A DNA stretch of 64,000 nt from Lepidodermella squamata (Eukaryota > Animalia > Gastrotricha): contig JBLDXI010000021.1 of NCBI GenBank assembly GCA_047495785.1, positions 2,418,001 through 2,482,000 on the forward strand. The letters run 5' to 3'. Made by a program: the position numbers and the translations under genes. Positions within the stretch are counted from its first letter, which is position 1; each line of letters opens with the position of its first letter. Positions 55,537 through 64,000 of the stretch are shown one piece after another. The notes below the pieces were generated by a model. That model saw only the letters and a list, made by a program, of their open reading frames with translations. It had not been told where the DNA came from and did no database searches.

Positions 55537-56969
55537 TTGGGAGTCTCGTAAAGTTTATGGCAAAATTTAAATATTTTCTCTAGTGAGGGTGAACACGTTT
55601 TCTTGCATATTCAGCCTTAAATAGCGATGTCGAACGATAGTTCCTATGGCTATTAGGAACGCCTGATCAACATCTGTAAATTTGATAAATTTGCTTGCTG
55701 AATGAAACTGGAGATTGGAGTTGGGAATTTCGGCATCTTTAGACAAGCCTTATAGAAAACTTCATAGGATTAACCCTTCAACAGCCGACGGTATCGTTTT
55801 TCATATGAGAATGCCGCCTTTTTGTCATCCCGAGCGTCGTTGTTAGAACGCACGAAAATGTACCCTTGTTCAGGGCGGGTTAAACACTAATATTGTTAGT
55901 CGCACGTAAATAGTACACTATTGGACAAAAAAATGTCGCACGTCCATTTTGCATGTTTTTCTTCCATATCAAAAAGATCTTGCAAACCGTTGCAATTTCT
56001 GCCAATAATATTGCTCAATGAGCGGAGTAGTTTGAGCCGAAAATCTCCAAGATTCAGGGGTGGATCTGAGCAATTAATTTTTGGTCCATTGATCAGGTTG
56101 ATTAACTGTCAGGTTAATGAGAGCTAACTTCTGTATGCGAGAGATAGGTTGATCAAGATTCCAAGCCGCAGAGCTGTTGAACATGGTTCATATGGTACTT
56201 TTACGATCAAGTTTGTGAGACAATTAAGCAAGATTGATTGTGCATATAAGCTGCATACCATTTTTCCGGTTTACTTGAGAACTAGACTGGAATATTCCAC
56301 CGCTACGGTTATTACGAATTTTGCAGGCGAGTTGTACCAAGGTTCAGAAGGTCTAGTGGGGAGTGGGAACTTTGGGTGAATAATAGAAAGAGATGGGATC
56401 CAACTATCCATGTCCAGATTCAACCTAAACATCGTATGTAATAAAACGCCCGTAGCACTAAGCACAAAGTCAACGCTGGTCGATTTAGAAGGTGAAACTA
56501 CGTCGAAACGGAGACTTTAAAGTTGCAATCCCCGGTCAATTAAGTCAACAAGCGGGAAAAACGAGAGAAAGTATGGTAAGTACGGTGACATGCTTTCTGA
56601 AAATGTATAGCTGGGCCCAGGACGAAAAACTTTAGCTTGGATCTTGGACTTTGGACTCATCCGCGGTTTATGCGGATGCGGAACTATCCTTTGAGTCGCC
56701 CCCCGTTTTGTTCGCCAGGATGCTTCGCTGACCGTGCGGGACCTTTTTCTTGGGTTTCGCGGGTTTTCGTTTAATAACTGCATATAAACTCTTAATTTTG
56801 AAAATTAAAGCTGCTAAATAATAAATCTTGTTGCATTTTCAGAAAGTAGTATGACCTCGACATTAATTTAAATAAAATTAACTTGTTCGCGGCGGCGGAG
56901 TTTTGACGCTGCAGACTCGATATACTTTCGTCCCTTTCCGCTTCTACCTACCCTACCTGCCCACCTTAG

Positions 56970-57235
56970 AAGTGCCCAGTGCGATCGACTTATTTCGCTT
57001 CATGGAGCGTTTTAGCTCAAGGCTTAAGGTATTTGGCAGATGTGATACGACTTTTGATTTTTCATTTCGAGCTGCTGACACGGATAAGCAACCAACCAAC
57101 GCTTAAGCACATAGCACGTAGCGCGTATATATGTGGGTGGCCATAACTACTCCTCTAATTGCCTCTGCTCAGAGGAACCCACAACTAAATTGTTTTCGTC
57201 ATCCTCAGTTCTCAGTCAGAGCCAGTTATGGGCCA
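56970..57235. repeat. Copy C of the dispersed repeat family
   Basis: agtgcgatcgact, gatgtgatacgactt, gagctgctgacacggata and ctcagaggaa..taaattgttttcgtcatcctcag are collinear with 25277-25670. Confidence 0.7.
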
Positions 57236-57378
57236 GTTTAATTCTTCCCCGTTCCCCGGTTGAGCTAAATGAGCGATAACCTAGTTGTTTGATAGTCATC
57301 TCAACAATGGCTAATTGCTTGCGGTGCCAGCTTCGCCATTGACCCCGTTGTGCGTTGTGTTATCTCTCTCTCTTTGCG

Positions 57379-57382
<4 letters not shown>

Positions 57383-57417
<35 letters not shown>
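57383..57417. repeat. (AT)n microsatellite
   Basis: About 17 perfect AT units. Confidence 0.97.
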
Positions 57418-57418
<1 letters not shown>

Positions 57419-57813
57419 CTTGTAACTTTCTGTCGGCTGTCGGGAAGAGAGAGGCTGTTGCTAAATGCTCAAATATTTTCCTCACAAGGAAACATCTCAC
57501 GGGCTCATCCAATGCACCCCGATCACCATTATTGTTTTTTTATGGATTTTATTTATTTATATTTGGTTGTTTTACAATTTACAACCTAAAACTTGAGACG
57601 ATTCTCTAGCCTAAAAATGCCCAGAACAAATGGATGCTTTCGGCTTAATTCTTGAAATGGTTCACAGGGCATTCGATGTGCATTGAACTCCCTAATAGGG
57701 CGGACCAGAGGACGTCATTTCCTAAATTTTGATTGCGAGCGAGTTTTATCTACTATTTTTTTGTACGAATTGCATGTATTCGGCGCGGAAAGCTTGGCTC
57801 CGATAACGCCTCG

Positions 57814-58275
57814 CAGAGACTTTGATTTGATTTGATTTGATTGTGATTTGATTTGATTTAGGCCATTTTTTGATTATTTGATTTAGAAAATTTCAGGATG
57901 ATTTGATTTGATTTAAATTTAGCCCACTCGATTTACTGCTGATTTATAAAAATCAGAACTCTCGGAATTCCCCCTGTTACTAAACATGAGAACTTACATT
58001 TGCCTCGAAAACAGCTGTTTTCTAAAGCCCGGAGCTATTTATCCCCTTTCATACCCATTCAACCAAACCCAAGCTTGAAATTTGAAAGAACCCCCAGAAA
58101 TTTATCATGATACTCATGTTTTCATATGCGAAAGATTTGATTTGATTTGATTTAAACGGGCTTGATGATGTGATTTGATTGATTTACGATCAATTTTTTG
58201 GGGATTTGATTTGAAATGATTGATTTACAGAGACCTGTGATTTACTGAATAAATCAAATCAAATCAAAGTCACTG
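57814..58275. mobile_element. hAT-type MITE, 462 bp
   Basis: Perfect 8-bp TSD ACGCCTCG (57806-57813 and 58276-58283). TIRs CAG(A/T)GACTTTGATTTGATTTGATTT, with many subterminal (TTTGA)n units. Confidence 0.93.
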
Positions 58276-58802
58276 ACGCCTCGCTTGGGAAAGATTTTCT
58301 AGAGTGGAAAGATAAAACGGCAAATATCATGTGGATTGGGTAATTCGTATAAATTGGGATTTATTTTATCATCTTGACGAATGCATCACACTTTACATAC
58401 GTTATTTCATTAAATTTCAGAACCACGGAGGAATCGATTGAGAATAGGAGGCATCGGGTCAACCTATGCCCTCATTCCTCATTTTGGTATTTCTTCTACG
58501 GTTGTATCACACCCCCAGGACGCTCACTGCCTCAAAGTTTGGAGCAATTTAATTATATAGTATTCATGGATTCAGATTTATTACTCGTGAGTTAGCCATA
58601 TATTTGAATTGGAACTGATAAATAGCGTTTCAAGCGGCTATTTTTCATTTTGGTCAGAAAATAGCTAGCCGTCGTCTTTCGACCTGACTTCGTTGATAAC
58701 TATGTTTTGAGTTAACCCATGTTATGCGTAGGTGTCGTATTACATTTCGCTTTGGTCTTTGCCATGTAGGAACATAATAGTGTAATTTACTGTTTTAATC
58801 AA

Positions 58803-61800
58803 ATGGAAGACGAAGCTGCATATGACGACAGTTCTGGCATGGATAACGAGGAGGCTGATCCTGAAGAAGCTCACGCCAACGAACTACATGACATGGCCAT
58901 GGCAAGCTACGGCAGGCCTCCGATGGCTCAAGACGGGCCTATGATGTATCCACCCCGCCCGAACATGCCTCCTATGGTTCATCCGCACAGGATGATGGTT
59001 CCACCTGGTAGGTTAACATTGTTCTTGTTGTTCAACGTTTAAAGAACGAAGAAAAAATTGAATCATTGCCCATTTGACGTGAATCGTGTGACCTTCGATA
59101 CTTAATTGAGGCGCAGACCAAAATTTACTCGGATCCAACGTGAATCGAAATTTCAAATTATTCGGTGAATAATGTTTAATTTAATTTGCAGGTCCTCGTC
59201 ATTTCATGCATCGGCCCGAATTTCCTCCCCCTTTTGGAATGCAGCCACATCAGCCGCCTCATTTACCGCCTCACCATGGCTCCATGGGCGATCGCATCAA
59301 CTATGGTATGATTAGGAATTTCTTGATGTTTCATGTCCCTACTTCTTGAATACTTGTCAGAATCGCAAGAGAACGGTATGCCTGGCCCACCGCATGGCGA
59401 AGGGATGCCTCCAGATTTCAGACCGGCTCGTTTCCCATTCAGTAAGATTGAAGCATACTTTTTCATCCGGGTGTTAAACGAGATCTTTTTTTAGGGGGAC
59501 CGCCGCCTCCGTTTTTTGGACCCCCGGGATTTCCACCTCCACCCGGAATGCCACCGGGTCCACCGCCTCACATGATGCACATGCCTCCACCAATGCATCA
59601 TCCTCCTCCAATGGCACCTCAATTCTATCCTCCCCCTCACCCGGTGATTCCAGGGCCGCAGCATGCTCAGTTAACTCCGCGCCATCGTCAGCTTCACGAA
59701 GCTATGCAAAAGGGCGACTTGTACGTTGAGCATCGAACTGAAGATGGTCGGGTTAGTTAAATTTTTCATTTCGAAATCAGTGTTTACATCAGATTTTTTC
59801 AGCACTATTATTATAATGCCAAGTCAAGAGAGGCCATATGGACAAAGCCGGAAGGTTCAGGCGTTGTTTTTACAAATCAAGTGGAATTCGATAATTTGCA
59901 GCAAGTATTACTTTTAAAAGAACATTTGGAGAAGCAGCATTCTCAATTCTCTCAAGGTTAGTTTGCGTTATACCTTCATTGCGTGAATGCAACTTTGCGA
60001 TAATTTAGCTCAGAGTGCTCCACCACCCTCTGCTGCGCCTCCACCGGTTATCACAGAGGTAAATTCTATTATTCAAAATCGATAAGATTTTATATAGTTG
60101 ACGTGTAATTTCAGCCGGGTAGCTTAATAAAGCCAGCGGAAGTTGCTGAATGGTCGGAGCATCAAACACCTGACGGCAGAGTTTATTTCTACAATTCTCG
60201 GTCAATGGAATCCATGTGGGAGAAGCCCAAAGTGATGGCCGATTGGGAAGCTAAAGTTGCTCAATTCCATTCGCAAATGGCTGCTAAAGTAATTGCCGAT
60301 AAAATCGAACTTTTGCGAAGTGAATTTCTTTGTTTCTGTATAACAGCTTGAGAGTATTGCCGCCCAAGAAAACTCGGGAGGCGTGAACAGTTCGTCTAAA
60401 GCAGGCTCTCAGGTAAAGACTTGTAACTTTTGTATAAAACAGACAAATCAGATTTATGATTTTAAGGTGGACAAGTCCAGACCGGTTTCCAGCACGCCTG
60501 TTTCAGGTACTCCTTGGTGTGTTGTATGGACTGGCGAGGGTCGTGCTTTCTTCTACAACCCTTCTGCAAAATCTTCCGTATGGGAGACGCCTGAAGAGCT
60601 ACAAAGAAAAGCGGATGTTCATCGTTTGCTGACGAATCCGCCACCTGAAGTAACCTCGGTACTAGATCCAGGCAAGCTCGACAACGCTGCCACGTGTTAC
60701 TGATTTTTAAACTCTATACTTTTAGTCAAACTAAAGCAGATGCAGGACGAGGGCTTTCAGAGTCAACTGACAGCGGTTAAATTCATTGCCCCCGAAACCG
60801 TGCCCGTAGCCAACAGCGACAGTCAAAGCAACGCAAGTGAAGGTACCATCGATTTGGTGAATGAAAATTCATCAGAACCTACCAAGTAAGACTAGCTTAG
60901 TTTATTGCTTAGTTAATCAGATGCAAAACTGTCTATTATTAGGCAAAACGAGAAGCAACCATCTCAAAACGAAAACGGAAGTGCGCAAAGTGCGGCTAAC
61001 AAGATGGACGCGGAGAAGTACGCGGCTCAACAGCGAGCCCTTCTGCCATTAGAGGTGCGAATCAAACAATTTAAGGAAATGTTGGCTGAAAAAGCCGTGT
61101 CTGCTTATTCTACGTGGGAGAAAGAACTTCACAAAATAGTTTTTGACCCTCGCTACTTGCTTTTGCTTTCAAAAGAACGCAAAGAGGTCTTCGAGGAGTA
61201 CATCCGGCAAACAGTGGAGGAAGAGCGGAAAGCGAAGGCCGCAGAGCTAAAGAAAAAGCGGGAAACCTTCAGGCAGCTGCTTGAGTCTGCCGATCTGAAT
61301 TCTAAGTATTGATTTCTTTTAAGCATTGTTGAACTTTGCACTCATTTACGTCAATTGCAGATCATCCTTTACGCTGTTCAGCCAAAAGTACGCTAAAGAT
61401 GAGCGGTTCAAAGCTCTGGACAAAATGCGAGACCGCGAGGATGCTTTCAGACGATATCTGGACGAATTGAAAGAGAAAGAGAAAAAGAACGCTGAATTGT
61501 CTAAAAAGCGGCCGGATCGGAAAGAGGAGGATGAAAAGCAACGTCATGATGTGAAACGTCCCAGGAGGTCTTCTCGCTCTAGATCGCGATCTCGTTCTCG
61601 AGATGCTGGTCATGGATCTCGCGCAAAAGAGCAGTTTCTGGAATTGCTGCGCTCCACCAAACAGATAACCGCTAAAATGAAGTGGATCGATGCAAAACGT
61701 TATGTGGATAGCGGTGATTCCAGATATATAGCCGTCGGAAGTAGCTCAGTGCGCGAGGAGCTGTTTAAGCAATATCATAAAGAATTGGTTCGTCTTAAAC

Positions 61801-62858
61801 GCTGCTGTTTAGCAATTGTAATTTCTATCTCTAATTTTAGAAAAGAGAGCGGAAGCGAAAAAAGAAAGAAAAGAAGGAGGCAAAGAAAAGCAAAAAGTTG
61901 GATTCTAATCAAAATAACTCCGACAAACGCGCCGATAAAAACCCGGGTGCTAATGACCACAAAAATGGCAATAGTCACAGTAATAGTCATAATAATGATA
62001 GCGACGAGAAAGAAAAACGCGGCAATGGCGACCCCGAGCCAATCGAAGTCGACGAGAACGCTAAGAGTGACGTTGATGTAGAGCGGCAGCGGCGCATTGA
62101 GGAGAGTTTAAAAATGCGTCAGCGCCAAGTAGCCGAGTCTCTGAGTGGTGCATTGCGCGACCGAGAAGCGATGGTTGAGCGGCACAAGAAGCACGAAGCT
62201 GAGGACCTTTTCAAAGCCTTGCTCGCAGATCTTGTGCGCAATGCTGATTCGTCGTGGCATGACGCAAAGAAACAGGCGAAACGCGACGCTCGGTGGGACG
62301 CGGCGGAAAAGCTGTTGTCGAAAGATGACCGAAAACGCCTGTTCAAAGACCATGTGGCAGCTTTGCAGAGCAAGGCTCGCGAACTTTTCCACAAAATGCT
62401 CGATGAATGCCCCAGCTTGACTCTTTCCTCCAAGTGGGTGGAAAATATAAAGCCTGTTGTGGAGTCAGATCCGCGCTGTTCACGCTTTTCGACGTCAGAC
62501 CGGCGTTGTGAGAAGGAGTTCGAGGTCTACATGGCCCGGCGGGTGAAACGTGCCAAAGATGACTTTCATAATCTGCTCAAGGAAACGAAGCTCATTACTC
62601 ATACTACATATGTCACGATTAAGGAGGACGATTCTAAAATGGATGAATTGCGAAAGCTACTCGCGGTAAGGAATGACTTGAAAGTGACTGCCTTCATAGT
62701 TTGATTTCATTTGCGTGTTTCAGAACGATCGCCGTTACCTCGACTTGGAAAGTCTCGGCCGCGAACGCGATGATATCTTGTTGGATTACCTACGCGACCT
62801 CGACGCTAGGGGTCCTCCGCCGCCGCCTACTCAATCGGAACCGGCGAGGCGGCACTGA
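58803..62858 (+). CDS. TCERG1: Transcription elongation regulator 1 (CA150), multi-exon
   Basis: Pro-rich N-terminus, three WW domains (the third is PVSSTPVSGTPWCVVWTG), FF repeats (FKEMLAEKAVSAYSTWEKELHKIVFDPRY) and C-terminal RGPPPPPTQSEP. Confidence 0.96.
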
Positions 62859-63708
62859 ACGCTCGCGTCTTGCCTCAATGTGTAGATTTGTTTATTGTTA
62901 TTATTATGTCGCTGTTTTCGCTCACTTGATGTCATCGCTTGCGTGAAACGTGCTCAAATCAGTACTATGTTAACGAAGATGATCTTGGTATCAGGTGGGT
63001 GACTGCGACAGCTCACCGCAATTCTGTAAACAAATGCCTTGGATAATAAAAATGCGATTTTTTTCACAATGTGTTGTACTGTGTACTGTGACCCATATAC
63101 AAGCCGCTGCAAGGATGCAATCGTTCACAATTTATGTCTCAATATGCCGACATCAGACGTCGCGCCACTTGCGTGTAATGACCACTCAATTCGAACGGGA
63201 AGGGACATATGGGACATTAGTGACATCATTCTCGAGAGACTGGCCTGCAGTCCTCGAGGATTTTCTTCCATGCGCAAATTACAGGCGAAATGGGCTCGAG
63301 TTCAGAAAGTTTCAAAGCCTCCGCCTTGATTGCGCATTCGCAGGTAATTCGCATGTCCCACTTATACGACGAGCGCAAAACTTGATGCTCGCAGTTCCAC
63401 ACGAAACACGCTACATCGCGCTTTGATCCGCCCAAAGTCTTGTGCAACGCGGCTTAGCGAGCGCGCAAGCCGCCTTCTGCCCGCCGGTTGACCCTCAACA
63501 AACAAAGGGAGGCCGGTAGCGAGGCATCCCATATCGTACATCGCTGTGATATTTTGGTATGATACAAGTCGCTGTGTGATATCTTAAAAATTTTCATTCA
63601 GACTCCGTTTACAAAACAGCTATCTAGAGCCACCCACCGATTCACGAATATTTTCACCAAATACTCATAATTAGTTCTAAAATATCAGTTTGGCCCCGGA
63701 AGTTAGAC

Positions 63709-64000
63709 ATGTTTCGGCATGGCCGACATGTCCAAAATCAAGCAGATAGCGCCGCTGAGCCAACAAGCAACTATCATGCCTCCGTCTATTCTGTAAATTT
63801 AAAGGTAAGTTCAATGATCCTTGAAAATACAGCTTATCAACTTTGTGTTTACTGCTTCAGAAGAAATGCAGCACGCCAAAAAACAAAATTTTATTGAAGT
63901 TGAGGTCAGCATCATCTGTCATCATCGAGAACGTAGGCGCCGAAGGCGGACATAATGAGAAGCCATATGACGAATTTACTTTGTCAATGCGGACTTTCGA
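63709..64000 (+). CDS. Probable first two exons of an unidentified gene running out of the window
   Basis: ATG at 63709...AAG|gtaagt, then cttcag| acceptor at about 63860. The frame stays open to the window end. Confidence 0.45.

Noticed and set aside
55584-55868. Possible old MITE upstream of OGFOD1
   Set aside because: The inverted match is short and gapped with no TSD, too weak to call.
57161-57235. Minimal hammerhead ribozyme (minus-strand CTGAGGA-tgac-GAAA)
   Set aside because: There is no valid NUH cleavage site with helix I/III pairing, and the GAAA is not kept in the other two repeat copies.
4902-62433. Numerous antisense ORFs over real exons
   Set aside because: These are shadows of codon structure on the coding strand with no independent support.
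62995-63540. 143-aa and overlapping ORFs after TCERG1
   Set aside because: No recognisable motif or convincing start and splice structure on either strand. Left uncalled.

Overview
This is a eukaryotic, gene-dense window from a compact invertebrate animal genome. A protostome is inferred from the tincar orthologue. Introns are mostly 45-65 nt, so most ORF-track entries are single exons or noise. Exon chains were rebuilt by eye. In order, the genes are: eRF1 (5'-truncated), two tandem paralogous globins, condensin I kleisin CAP-H, a 3-finger C2H2 protein, an unknown secreted Cys-rich protein, a Ly6/three-finger protein, tincar, TEX47 (two candidate first exons), ARL16, an unknown disordered protein, daughterless/E-protein, V-ATPase B, NAA50, adducin, a 5-HT7-like GPCR, ACSS3, OGFOD1, TCERG1, and the start of one more gene. 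Repeat islands at about 14-17, 24-28, 47 and 55.5-58.3 kb hold LINE fragments, MITEs and a hAT-type MITE with a perfect 8-bp TSD. The most striking structure is an inverted-repeat element at 25162-25955. It carries a 120-bp copy of an intron-exon segment of the neighbouring TEX47 gene, set between a 78-bp direct duplication. Other highlights: a 4-nt near-intron pair between the globin paralogues, three GC-AG introns, a GPCR lacking the NPxxY tyrosine, candidate 3'UTR introns in eRF1, and a 157-nt OGFOD1-ACSS3 spacer. No CRISPR array, rRNA or tRNA was recognised. All homology calls come from recalled motifs, not database searches.
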